Assembly (NCBI GenBank): GCA_019058315.1
Contig: JAHPZH010000001.1
Coordinates: forward strand, 725,069 to 789,068
Length of the DNA stretch: 64,000 nt
From: Candidatus Helarchaeota archaeon
GTDB taxonomy: Archaea; Asgardarchaeota; Lokiarchaeia; Helarchaeales; RDOG01
Direction: 5' to 3'
Positions 52,273-61,806 of the stretch are shown piece by piece. The notes under the pieces are model-generated. The model was not told where the DNA came from. It searched no databases and worked only from the letters and a program-made list of their open reading frames with translations. Made by a program: the position numbers and the translations under genes. The stretch's first letter is position 1. Every line of letters starts with the position of its first letter.

Positions 52273-52641
52273 ATGAAAAAAATGATAGCTTATTGTGGAA
52301 TAAATTGTGCTGAATGCCACATATATTTAGCGACACAAAAAGACGATGATAATCTTAGGAAACAAGCTATAAACCTATATGAACTTGAAAAGTTTGATTT
52401 AATGCTTAAGGATATTAATTGTACGGGTTGTAAAAGTGCTGGAATAAAATATTTCGGTTGCCAAAAGTGCAAGATTAGAGAATGTGCAGAGGAGAAAAAC
52501 TATAAAAATTGTGCTTATTGCCAATATTATGTTTGTGATATCTTAAATAGTTTTTATGACCAGCTTCACACTTTTCCGCCAGAATCTAACGCAAAAAAAA
52601 CATTAGATGAAATAAGGAAACAGATTATGAAAAAAAAGTGA
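52273..52641 (+). CDS. DUF3795 Cys-rich protein
   Basis: AYCGINCAEC, CTGC, CKIRECA, CAYC. Confidence 0.88.
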   Translation: MKKMIAYCGINCAECHIYLATQKDDDNLRKQAINLYELEKFDLMLKDINCTGCKSAGIKYFGCQKCKIRECAEEKNYKNCAYCQYYVCDILNSFYDQLHTFPPESNAKKTLDEIRKQIMKKK

Positions 52642-52755
52642 TAATCTATTTCTAAGACTATAGAAAATAATGAACTAATAGTAAATTATCTCCAAAACTT
52701 GTTAGTAAACCTCCTTAGAAAGATTATAAATAATTAATTAGTTTTATAATAAAAT

Positions 52756-54249
52756 ATGGTAATCATTAAAACAACAAAAGGAGAAATAAAAGGCGTTCAA
52801 GAATCAAATTATCAATGTTTTTTAGGAATACCTTTTGCAAAACCACCTATTGGTGATTTGCGCTTTCGGGAACCACAACCCATGGATTCGTGGGAGAGTA
52901 TTAAAGATACTACCCAATTTGGATCAATTCCCCCTCAAAATTACAAAGATATCCCTCCAATTAATCAAAAAGAGGATGAGGATTGTCTCTATCTCAATAT
53001 ATGGACTCCAGCAGCGGATGATAAAGCTAGACCTGTAATGGTTTGGATTTATGGTGGTGCATTTGTTATTGGTGCTAGCTCTAGAGATCGATTAAATGGT
53101 GCAAGACTTGCTGTTCATGGTGATGTTGTTGTAGTAAATTTTAATTATCGTTTAGGAGTTTTAGGATTCTTGAACTTATCAGGAATACCTCCAAACATTG
53201 GAGTTCTTGATCAAGTTGCGGCTTTAAAATGGGTTCAAGAGAATATAGATCGGTTTGGTGGTGATCCGAATAATGTAACAATATTTGGAGAATCTGCTGG
53301 AGGGGCATCAGTAGCCATTTTACTCGCAATTCCTGCATCAAGGGGTCTATTTCACAAAGCCATTATGGAAAGTGGAACAGCACATCCAACAGGATTTAGA
53401 CCAAAAAGGGCAAGAGAAGGTGCTGAAAGATTTTTATCTAAGCTGCATATTGAAAAAGAAAAGATCGATGAATTACGTAAGGTACCTCTAAAAAAAATAA
53501 TTAGAGCACAAAAAAGGATTGCTGGTGGAGTCGTTCAGGTAGGAGATGTTCCATTTCGACCCTTTATTGATGGCAAAATCATTCCTGAAGATCCTATAGA
53601 AATAATACGTAAAGGGAAATCAAGTAATGTCCCAATAATAATTGGAAGTAATAATGATGAATTAGCCTTTATTTCTCGTCTACTTAATCAAGCAGTAGAT
53701 GATAGTGTAAAAAAATCCATTATGGATATTGTTCAAGCACAGATCCAATCCCTTGGAATTGAGAAGAAAAAATTGGATAAATTAATCAAAATATACAAGG
53801 AAGTTATGGAAAAAAAACATCCAAAAAATTCTTTCAAATATTTAGATGCGTTTATTTCCGACTATATGTTTGGAATTCCTATTATACGCAATATCGAGGC
53901 ATATGTAAAATATCAATCGAATATTTACTGTTATATTTTCACTTATGGGTCACGTACTAACGGTGCAGCTTTTCATACAATTGAAATTCCATTCGTATTT
54001 GGAAATCTTGATACTACTGACACTCAAATAGGTGCAATTGGATCTGGTGAAGAAGAGGTAAAATTAGCTAAAAATGTAATGGATGCTTGGGTGACTTTTG
54101 CTCGTATTGGGAATCCAAATCATAATGGTTTGCCTGAATGGCCTACCTACGACCTTAAAAGACGTGCCACGATGATGTTAGGTATTAATTCAAAGGTGGA
54201 GGATGACCCAATAAAAGATATTCGAAAAGCTTGGGATGATATAATATAA
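52756..54249 (+). CDS. Carboxylesterase type B
   Basis: GIPFAKPP, EDCLYLNIW, FGESAG, HTIEIPFVFG. Confidence 0.95.
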   Translation: MVIIKTTKGEIKGVQESNYQCFLGIPFAKPPIGDLRFREPQPMDSWESIKDTTQFGSIPPQNYKDIPPINQKEDEDCLYLNIWTPAADDKARPVMVWIYGGAFVIGASSRDRLNGARLAVHGDVVVVNFNYRLGVLGFLNLSGIPPNIGVLDQVAALKWVQENIDRFGGDPNNVTIFGESAGGASVAILLAIPASRGLFHKAIMESGTAHPTGFRPKRAREGAERFLSKLHIEKEKIDELRKVPLKKIIRAQKRIAGGVVQVGDVPFRPFIDGKIIPEDPIEIIRKGKSSNVPIIIGSNNDELAFISRLLNQAVDDSVKKSIMDIVQAQIQSLGIEKKKLDKLIKIYKEVMEKKHPKNSFKYLDAFISDYMFGIPIIRNIEAYVKYQSNIYCYIFTYGSRTNGAAFHTIEIPFVFGNLDTTDTQIGAIGSGEEEVKLAKNVMDAWVTFARIGNPNHNGLPEWPTYDLKRRATMMLGINSKVEDDPIKDIRKAWDDII

Positions 54250-54311
54250 TATTAATTGAAATCGTAAAACTGATAACCAAATATTCAATTTATTAATTAT
54301 TTTATCCAAAT

Positions 54312-55256
54312 TTATAATAGATATTTCTTTAACCAATCATATTGTAATTCATTTGTAATTTTTTGAACATATTTGTCAGGTGAAAAAATACCCATCTCTG
54401 AAATTATAGATGTAATTAAATTTGGAGGGGTAATATCGAAATAGACATTTTTAGGCTCAATTCCTTGTATTTTTTCTGATAATATCTCGCTTGGAGGTTT
54501 TTCCTCTATTTTTACTTCCATTTCAAAATAACTTTTTATATTAAATTTTGATGACTCAGCAGCGACATAAAATGGAATCTTATGTTCATGAGCTATTAAA
54601 GCAAGAGGATAGGTTCCAATTTTATTTATTATCGATCCATCTGCCAGTATGCTGTCCGTTCCCACAAGAATTAAGTCAATTTTACAATTTTTAATAAAAT
54701 AACCGATTGCGGAATCTACAATTAAGGTAATAGGGGCTATTCCTGTCATAAGTTTAGCTAATGATACTCCTTCTAATTGTGGGCGAGATTCTGTCATTAC
54801 AATTCTTAAAATTTTATCGCTATTATACTTTAATATTTCAAATACTGTTTTACTCATACTATGTGTCATGATTATGCTATTTGTTTTTATAATACTGGCA
54901 AAAAATTCCATGATCTTTTTTATAGCATTATCAGAATCTTCCAAATACTTCTCGCCTTTTTTAATTGCTCTAACTTTTAACTCTCCAAGAGGAATTTTGT
55001 TATAATTTTCGAGAATCTCATACATAATGTTACCTGTTCCATAGATTAAAGGAGCCATGCTTGGTTGAGCTTTTAAAAGTAATTTAAAAACATTTTCTAC
55101 ATCCTGAATAAAAGATTCTGAAGATTTCTTTATTTGTAGTATTAGAGCTTCAATTGCTTGTCTAGTTAATGTATTTGCGCCCGAAATATTATTTTTCGCA
55201 ATTTTATCAACAAGATTTTTAACATCATCATCAATGGGCATATTAATTTCTTCCAT
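54312..55256 (-). CDS. eIF-2B alpha/beta/delta-family protein, probably non-catalytic
   Basis: ESRPQLEG, GTDSI..DG..INKIGT, FDITP; THSMS where the isomerases have THC. Confidence 0.85.
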   Translation of the reverse strand: MEEINMPIDDDVKNLVDKIAKNNISGANTLTRQAIEALILQIKKSSESFIQDVENVFKLLLKAQPSMAPLIYGTGNIMYEILENYNKIPLGELKVRAIKKGEKYLEDSDNAIKKIMEFFASIIKTNSIIMTHSMSKTVFEILKYNSDKILRIVMTESRPQLEGVSLAKLMTGIAPITLIVDSAIGYFIKNCKIDLILVGTDSILADGSIINKIGTYPLALIAHEHKIPFYVAAESSKFNIKSYFEMEVKIEEKPPSEILSEKIQGIEPKNVYFDITPPNLITSIISEMGIFSPDKYVQKITNELQYDWLKKYLL

Positions 55257-55367
55257 ATTACCATTCTAAAAGAAAATTTTTAAAGAAAGAATATTAGAAA
55301 TCATAATATACTTTATATTAAAATACAAATCAAATAAAAGGTAAAAAAATAACTTGTGTGAATAACT

Positions 55368-56102
55368 TTGGATGATTATGACTTAAACAAAGGGAACGCC
55401 CCATTTGAGGAAAAGATTGTAGATCTGGAGATTCACTTTAGAACAAAAAAAATTGGTAAACCAGAAGCAAAAGTCCTGCTAGAATCTAAAATTAATAAAG
55501 TTTTTAAGAAAGCTGCGGGAGTAGATGTTAAATATCTAGATGTAACAGAGTATTATGAACCATTTATTCATATTTCTGGGAGATATCGTATTATATATAT
55601 AAAACGAAAACCAATAGATCTTCCAATCTCACATGAAGTCATCGGTGCAAAAGTTTGTCCTGATTGTGATATGGTTTATGAAGTTGGAGAAGCATTAGAG
55701 GGTGAGACGAAGAAAAAAAGAAATCTGCCAATCGAAGTAGTTCTGAAATTAGTTCATGAATCGGGAGATGCTGATTTAGCTTTCGATTATAAAGGTAAAG
55801 AAATGAATCCTCAAAAAATAATAGATTGGAAGACAGAAAAAGGTCCTTCAAATTTTATAGAACAAAATAAAAATAGCATTAGAAGGTTCTCTGTGACTCC
55901 TCAAGAAGCAATAGATAGATTAAGGAAAAAAATTGCAATAAGACCTCATGACACTCGTAGAATTTTGGAAGAAGTATTTGAAGTCACAAAAAATGAAATT
56001 ATATTACATCCGCTATTTATCTATACTATGCAATATCAAGAAGAAACTAAAAAGGTTCAAATTGATACAATTTCCGAGAAATTAGAAGTACTAAAGATAT
56101 AA
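55368..56102 (+). CDS. Hypothetical protein with a CPDC motif
   Basis: 244-aa ORF with typical composition. Confidence 0.7.
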   Translation: MDDYDLNKGNAPFEEKIVDLEIHFRTKKIGKPEAKVLLESKINKVFKKAAGVDVKYLDVTEYYEPFIHISGRYRIIYIKRKPIDLPISHEVIGAKVCPDCDMVYEVGEALEGETKKKRNLPIEVVLKLVHESGDADLAFDYKGKEMNPQKIIDWKTEKGPSNFIEQNKNSIRRFSVTPQEAIDRLRKKIAIRPHDTRRILEEVFEVTKNEIILHPLFIYTMQYQEETKKVQIDTISEKLEVLKI

Positions 56103-56160
56103 ATTCCTTTTTTTTTAAAAAGAGATTTAAAATTGTAAATGAGCTTTTGGGAGTAAAAAA

Positions 56161-57246
56161 TTATAGAAAATAGGGCAAAAATGGATGAATTAAAGAAGCT
56201 AATTGCCTCATAAGTTGATAACCTTCTGGTTGATACAGATTGCCAGGAACAGTAGTCAATATTGCACCAATTTGCGAATAAGGTCCTTCCCAAGGTATAA
56301 AAATTAATGCAGCAACAATACCAAGTAGAGCGAGAAGTGTAAAAGCCCATGCCCCTTTATTCCAAGATATTATTTTCTTTCCATCTAATACAGAAATCGG
56401 TATTAGATTAAACACTCCAAGCATCACATTCATAAAAGCTGAAAAACCCATTATCCACCATATTGTGTTTGTTTCTGAAGGAGTTCCAAAAATGAATGTA
56501 AATAAAATTGCAAGTAACATAAAAATTCCACCAAGTACTAAATTAAAAACTGGACCTGCCAAAGCAACTTTCCCCATTTCATCTTTTGAAGCTTTAGACG
56601 AACCAACTTGAACTGCACCCGGCATAACAAACCATGGTAGGACTGCAGTAAGTAATGCATAAGTTTTTTCTAATCTAAATTCTGCCCAATAATCTAATCT
56701 CAAAGAAGTGAATTTATGTGACAATTCATGACCAATAAAACCAATAGTTATTAGTCCACCAAGTAAAGTAATTAAAATGTAAATTTTTGGAAATTTATGA
56801 AGATAATCCATAAAACTAATCATAAACATTAAGAAAACACTTTCAAACATTAAAATAATTCCAATAAATAAATTTATTAATTCCTTACCAGAAGTTATAC
56901 CAAGTATTGGCCTATCAGGTTTTCGCACAGTCGGCATATAATATTGTACTATGGTATCTCCGGTCTCTGGATCGTATCTTTGTGAATGTATTTCAGCACC
57001 TTCCGGAATATCGGGAGGTGTGCCTCCTTGAAAGGGTACGCTTTGTGTTTGTGGTGTAATATATTGTGTTTCAGAAATAGACTCTGAAGCTCTCTTTTTT
57101 TCTTCTTCTATTAGGTCAACTCTTTCACAATTATGACTTTCTGGCAAACGATGTTCACTACAAAATTGTTTACCGCAATATTTACAAGAAAATGGCATAT
57201 ACAAATCTTTTCCGCATTTAGAGCAATTTGCCAAGAATTTCACCAA
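56161..57246 (-). CDS. AN1-type zinc finger fused to a site-2 (M50) intramembrane metalloprotease
   Basis: CSKC...PFSCKYCGKQFCSEHRLPESHNC; HELSH, AGP, FNLIPISVLDG. Confidence 0.9.
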   Translation of the reverse strand: MVKFLANCSKCGKDLYMPFSCKYCGKQFCSEHRLPESHNCERVDLIEEEKKRASESISETQYITPQTQSVPFQGGTPPDIPEGAEIHSQRYDPETGDTIVQYYMPTVRKPDRPILGITSGKELINLFIGIILMFESVFLMFMISFMDYLHKFPKIYILITLLGGLITIGFIGHELSHKFTSLRLDYWAEFRLEKTYALLTAVLPWFVMPGAVQVGSSKASKDEMGKVALAGPVFNLVLGGIFMLLAILFTFIFGTPSETNTIWWIMGFSAFMNVMLGVFNLIPISVLDGKKIISWNKGAWAFTLLALLGIVAALIFIPWEGPYSQIGAILTTVPGNLYQPEGYQLMRQLASLIHPFLPYFL

Positions 57247-57483
57247 TTATATTATTAATCTCGCTTCAATAACTTAGATTTTGTAAAGATTTTGGTAAAA
57301 ATCAAATTAATTTGATTTTTAAAAAATCCATACTTCATAAAATCTAATTTTAATAATGAATTATATATTTTTTAATTTGCTATAGTAAATAAATTAAAAA
57401 GTTTTTATTAATAACAAGTAATTTAAGAAAATTAAATTATAACATATTTCGACAAAATTGAAAATTATTTGAAGAGGAAAAAA

Positions 57484-58053
57484 ATGTCTGAAGAAAAATT
57501 TGTTCCTTACTCATCACCAATTCCTATTGCGGGTACAAGCTATAGTGCGCAAATTGGTAAAGCTAATGAATCGGATCCGGGATGGATTGTGAGATTGATA
57601 AAAGGAAAAGAAGTAATGGACAAGGAAGCTTTTCCTGAATTGAACGGAAATTTAATGATTGCATTTATAATGCGTGCCACAGCTATTCCCATGTTAAATC
57701 CTTATAAAATTAGCCAAAATATTAAGATGTTGATTCGTCAAGCTGAACGTGGACAACCCTTAACTGCAAAACCAAGCATGGGACCACCTCCAGGATATCA
57801 ACCTGCATCTGAATATGCAAGTATGTCCTCCACTTCTAGTACAGGTTCAGTTCCTTCAACAACGAGTGTTAGTGTCCCAACAGCGACAGCACCTGGCGAA
57901 GGATGTTCTAGATGTGGTTCGGTAATCGATGGCAAATTTTTATATTGTCCTTATTGCTCACTCCAATTAAAGCGTTTAACATGTCCAGCATGTAATAAAG
58001 ACGTCCGTGCGGACTATAAACTATGTCCCTATTGCGGCATTCAACTAAAATAA
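57484..58053 (+). CDS. Double zinc-ribbon protein with Ser/Thr/Pro linker
   Basis: CSRC, CPYC, CPAC, CPYC at the C-terminus. Confidence 0.85.
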   Translation: MSEEKFVPYSSPIPIAGTSYSAQIGKANESDPGWIVRLIKGKEVMDKEAFPELNGNLMIAFIMRATAIPMLNPYKISQNIKMLIRQAERGQPLTAKPSMGPPPGYQPASEYASMSSTSSTGSVPSTTSVSVPTATAPGEGCSRCGSVIDGKFLYCPYCSLQLKRLTCPACNKDVRADYKLCPYCGIQLK

Positions 58054-58074
58054 TTCCTTATCCTTATATTTAGC

Positions 58075-58890
58075 ATGGAGCACCAAAACTTGGAATCTGA
58101 AGAAGAAAAAACCGAAGAAGTTAAAACCGAAGAAGAAAAATCCGAAGAGGAAGAACTCGAAGATGATGAATCCGAAGATGATAAACCCGAAGATGATAAA
58201 TCCGAAGATGATAAATCCGAAGATGATAAATCCGAAGATGATAAGTCCGAAGAAGGTTTAATTGATTACAAAGCAGAATGCGAAAAAAAAGACGAAATCA
58301 TCGATGATTTAAAGAAGAGATTAGGAGAATATGCAAAAAAAACTATGTTGTTAATCAATGAAAAAAATGAATTGAAAAAATTATTAAATACTAAACAAGG
58401 TCAAAATCCATCTTCTCCAACTATTTCAAAACCAGTTCGTTCTGATCAATTATTACCAACGCCCTCATCGGGAGCCTTATTAGAGGAATCTAATTCAGAA
58501 AGTGAATCTTTGATAGATTATAAAGCAGAAGTTGAAAAAAGAGATAATATTATTAAAGAAATGAGTGCAAACTTTAAGGAATACTCACAAAAAACGATGG
58601 AAATAATAAATGACAGAAATAATTTAAAAAAGGAAATGGAGGAAATACAAGAAAGATTACAAGTTTACGAAAATAAGGAGGGGAAAATTGAGGGTGTTTG
58701 GAAAAGAAAATTGAATGAAGCTGAACGAAAGGTAAGAGCTATAGAGAAAATATTAGAGCAGAAAAACAAAGATCTTTCCGAGTTCCAATCACGATATATT
58801 GCTGAAATTACCCAAAAAGATAAAAAATTAGAAGAATTATTATTGAAAATAACAAAATTAGAGGGTAAAGAGGGAAAAGAAGAAAAATAG
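58075..58890 (+). CDS. Acidic-repeat, coiled-coil protein
   Basis: (S/T)EDDK repeats; duplicated LIDYKAExEK module. Confidence 0.8.
   Translation: MEHQNLESEEEKTEEVKTEEEKSEEEELEDDESEDDKPEDDKSEDDKSEDDKSEDDKSEEGLIDYKAECEKKDEIIDDLKKRLGEYAKKTMLLINEKNELKKLLNTKQGQNPSSPTISKPVRSDQLLPTPSSGALLEESNSESESLIDYKAEVEKRDNIIKEMSANFKEYSQKTMEIINDRNNLKKEMEEIQERLQVYENKEGKIEGVWKRKLNEAERKVRAIEKILEQKNKDLSEFQSRYIAEITQKDKKLEELLLKITKLEGKEGKEEK
58096..58254 (+). repeat. In-frame 15-bp tandem repeat, ~10.6 units, consensus TCCGAAGATGATAAA
   Basis: Units start every 15 nt from 58096 to 58246. Confidence 0.95.
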
Positions 58891-58907
58891 GATAAAATTT
58901 GTAAATA

Positions 58908-60230
58908 TCATGGCACTAATCTAGTAGGATCCCTTGGAAACAGAGTAACCTCACGAATATTTTTCATATCCAGCATTTGCATGGTTATTCGTTCTATTCC
59001 GATATTAAAACCTCCATGTGGAGGGGCTCCATATTTAAAAAATTTGGTAAACCATTCACTATCTTCTAAAGACATCTTCTTTTCTTTTAATTGTGTGATG
59101 ATTTTTTCATATCTATGTTCTCGCTGCCCCCCAGAACTCAATTCCAGACCCTTACAGATTAAATCAACACTTCTGGCCCATTGTGGGTCTTCATCTACAT
59201 ACATTACATAAAAAGGTTTAATTTTTGAAGGAAATCTATTTAAAAATACAAAATCATGATTAAATTTTTCCTTTATATAATCTGAAATCAATTTCTCAGA
59301 TTCTCGATCGATATCTTCTCCAAAGGGAATATTCTTTCCAAATTCTTTGAGGATTTCATAGACCTTTGGAAAACGAATTTCTGGAAAAGGGATAGTTGGA
59401 ATTTCAGGTTTTATTTCTAAAATTTCTAATTCTTCAGCACAATCTTCAAATACTCGTTTATATGCATTTACCACTAATAATTCTTCTAATTTCATAGTTG
59501 AGGATTCATCTTTTATAGGGGCAAATTCTACTGCACATCCTCGATGTTCTGTGAGATGTCTTGGGGTGTAAGATGGTTCGGCCCTCCAACTTGGTCCAAT
59601 ATCATAAATTCTCCATAATCCACCAAGGATTGTTAATTGTCTATGTAACTGTGGATCTTGACGTAAAAACGCATTTTTTTGAAAATAGAAAATAGGAAAT
59701 ACTTCTGCCCCTGATTCTGAAGGTATCCCCATAATGCATGGAGTAAATACTTGGACAAATTCATTAATATTTAAAAAATTCGTCATACCTTCAACTATCT
59801 TTGATTGGATTCGAAAAATTGCCCAATTCTTTTTATTTCTCAAATCTACGGGACGAAAATCTAAACGTACACTGATATCTGCAGGTTGCTTGGGATCGAG
59901 AGGGATTGACTCAATTGGTGAACTAATTGATTCAACATAACTTGGTAATATTTCAACTCCTCCAGGAGCGATTTTATTCTTTTTCACCTCACCTTTTACT
60001 ATTACAACTGAGTGTCTTTTTACTTCTTTGAGAGCGTCCTTGACTTTTTCTTCAGCATTTTTAAGAAGAGTTATTTGAATTGTACCAGTAACATCTCTTA
60101 ATAAATAAAATTTAATTTTACCAATATCCCGTATACTTTCTACCCAACCACCTAGAGTTACTATTTCTCCATCTTTTTCTGGCTGGATGTCCTTAATTAA
60201 TTCTTTATTCATAAGATTAAATTTGTCCAC
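58908..60230 (-). CDS. aspS: Archaeal-type aspartyl-tRNA synthetase, probably non-discriminating
   Basis: OB-fold anticodon domain with APGGVEI, SESGA, WRAE, ELSSGGQR, PPHGGFNIGIER, FPRD. Confidence 0.92.
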   Translation of the reverse strand: MDKFNLMNKELIKDIQPEKDGEIVTLGGWVESIRDIGKIKFYLLRDVTGTIQITLLKNAEEKVKDALKEVKRHSVVIVKGEVKKNKIAPGGVEILPSYVESISSPIESIPLDPKQPADISVRLDFRPVDLRNKKNWAIFRIQSKIVEGMTNFLNINEFVQVFTPCIMGIPSESGAEVFPIFYFQKNAFLRQDPQLHRQLTILGGLWRIYDIGPSWRAEPSYTPRHLTEHRGCAVEFAPIKDESSTMKLEELLVVNAYKRVFEDCAEELEILEIKPEIPTIPFPEIRFPKVYEILKEFGKNIPFGEDIDRESEKLISDYIKEKFNHDFVFLNRFPSKIKPFYVMYVDEDPQWARSVDLICKGLELSSGGQREHRYEKIITQLKEKKMSLEDSEWFTKFFKYGAPPHGGFNIGIERITMQMLDMKNIREVTLFPRDPTRLVP

Positions 60231-60396
60231 TTTAATTCACTGAAAGCTCTTAATGTAATTAAATTAAGTTTTACAAATACACATTAAAAATTTTGGAAAG
60301 ACCTTTATTTCGTTCTCAGTAAAAAGTATATTATCTTTATCCTTATTTTCGATTGTGTATTTTATTTTGAAAATAAAATAGAAATAATTGCAGTAA

Positions 60397-61239
60397 TTGA
60401 TTAAAATGATTCATAATGAAGATTATTTTAAAGGTAAGAATGGTTTAAAACTATACTATCAAACATGGAGACCTGATGAGAATCCAAGAGCGATTATCCA
60501 AATCGTACATGGAATAGTAGAGCATTCTGGAAGATATTTTAATGTAGTTAATGAATTAGTTCCTAAAGGATACATTATTTATGCATCGGACCAACGGGGC
60601 CATGGAAAATCTGAAGGAATAAAAGCATTTGTGAAAAATTTTGAATATTTTGTTGATGATCAGAAAACATTTTTTGAATTAATAAAAGAAAAAGAACCTG
60701 ATTTACCCATTTTTCTTCTCGGACATTCTATGGGTGCATTAGTGGCAATATTATTTGCCACTAAGTATCAAGAAGGATTACAAGGCTTAATATTATCCGG
60801 AGCTGGTACGAAAGCTGGAGGTGGTGCGGGCAATATTTTTGCAAGAGGCTTAGTAAAACTAATGGCAAAAATTAGGTCAAAAAGTAAAATTGATCCTCGC
60901 ACTACTGATTTAATTTCCCATGATCCAGAAGTAGTTAAAGCTTATATTGAGGACCCTTTAGTTCATAAAAAATCTACATTTAAATTAATTGGGGAACTTT
61001 TAAAATCCTATAATAAAACAACTAATCTTTTAGGTAGAATTAAAGTTCCTACTTTGGTACAATGTGGATCGGATGATAAATTAGTACTTGGCGCAGAAGA
61101 TCTTGATAAATTAATGAAAATGGAAGATAAAACCATAAAAATATATAAAGGATTATATCACGAAGTTTACAACGAGCTAGAAGAAGATAGAAAAACCGTA
61201 TTAAATGATCTTACTGAATGGCTGGATTCTCATTTATAA
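60397..61239 (+). CDS. Alpha/beta hydrolase (lysophospholipase / monoacylglycerol lipase-like)
   Basis: HGIVEHSGRY, DQRGHG, GHSMG, YHEVYNE. Confidence 0.93.
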   Translation: MIKMIHNEDYFKGKNGLKLYYQTWRPDENPRAIIQIVHGIVEHSGRYFNVVNELVPKGYIIYASDQRGHGKSEGIKAFVKNFEYFVDDQKTFFELIKEKEPDLPIFLLGHSMGALVAILFATKYQEGLQGLILSGAGTKAGGGAGNIFARGLVKLMAKIRSKSKIDPRTTDLISHDPEVVKAYIEDPLVHKKSTFKLIGELLKSYNKTTNLLGRIKVPTLVQCGSDDKLVLGAEDLDKLMKMEDKTIKIYKGLYHEVYNELEEDRKTVLNDLTEWLDSHL

Positions 61240-61437
61240 TTTTTTCTAAACCACCTTTAAACATATTAATTTTTCCAAACTTTAAAAAATATAACCTAGA
61301 AATATCCTAGGAATATACTAGTCTTTACCTATAAGGTCATCTTTAAAAATAAATTTGACTTTAAGTATGACAATAAAGAATAAAAGATATGAATAATTCA
61401 TTTAAACATTATCTTAAAGAATTCTGTGAGGTATAAA

Positions 61438-61797
61438 ATGAAGATAAATTTCACAAATTCTGCAAATAAATTCATTAATGAAACATTAGAGAAAAACAAA
61501 GAATCCTTAGACGATGTAGCACTAGCAATTTATACAAGAAGATCTATTGGATGAGGTGGAGTGAAGATATCAGTAAATATAGGTCTAATAAGAGCTCCAA
61601 TGGAAGAGATCAAAGACGAGTTCCAGGTGATTGATCAATATCGAAATGGAAATAATATAGAATTGCCCATTTTAATTGATCAAAAATCCAAAGATCTATT
61701 ATCTTATCATGATAAAATTATGGTCGAAGCTATTGGCTGGGGCTACTTTAAAAAATTGGCAATTCGTAATACTCCCGTTAGCTATGGATCTTGTTAA
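61438..61797 (+). CDS. HesB-like selenoprotein (119 aa, putative Sec at codon 39, TGA 61552-61554)
   Basis: SD-like GTGAGGT at 61426-61432, ATG 61438; MKINFTNSANKFINETL...LAIYTRRSIG-U-GGVKI continues in frame into the listed 61561 ORF; terminal Cys; downstream SECIS-like hairpin. Confidence 0.85.
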
Positions 61798-61806
61798 AAA
61801 ATTTTT

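Noticed and set aside
52273-52644. Cys-rich DUF3795 gene ending in TGA as a second selenoprotein
   Set aside because: TGA is followed immediately by TAA, lies after a Lys tail with no redox motif, and no SECIS-like hairpin was seen.
61561-61797. 78-aa ORF starting at GTG as a stand-alone gene
   Set aside because: Better explained as the C-terminal part of the TGA read-through protein. The GAGGTG just upstream is too close to act as a typical SD, and the N-terminal half of the HesB-like fold lies upstream in frame.
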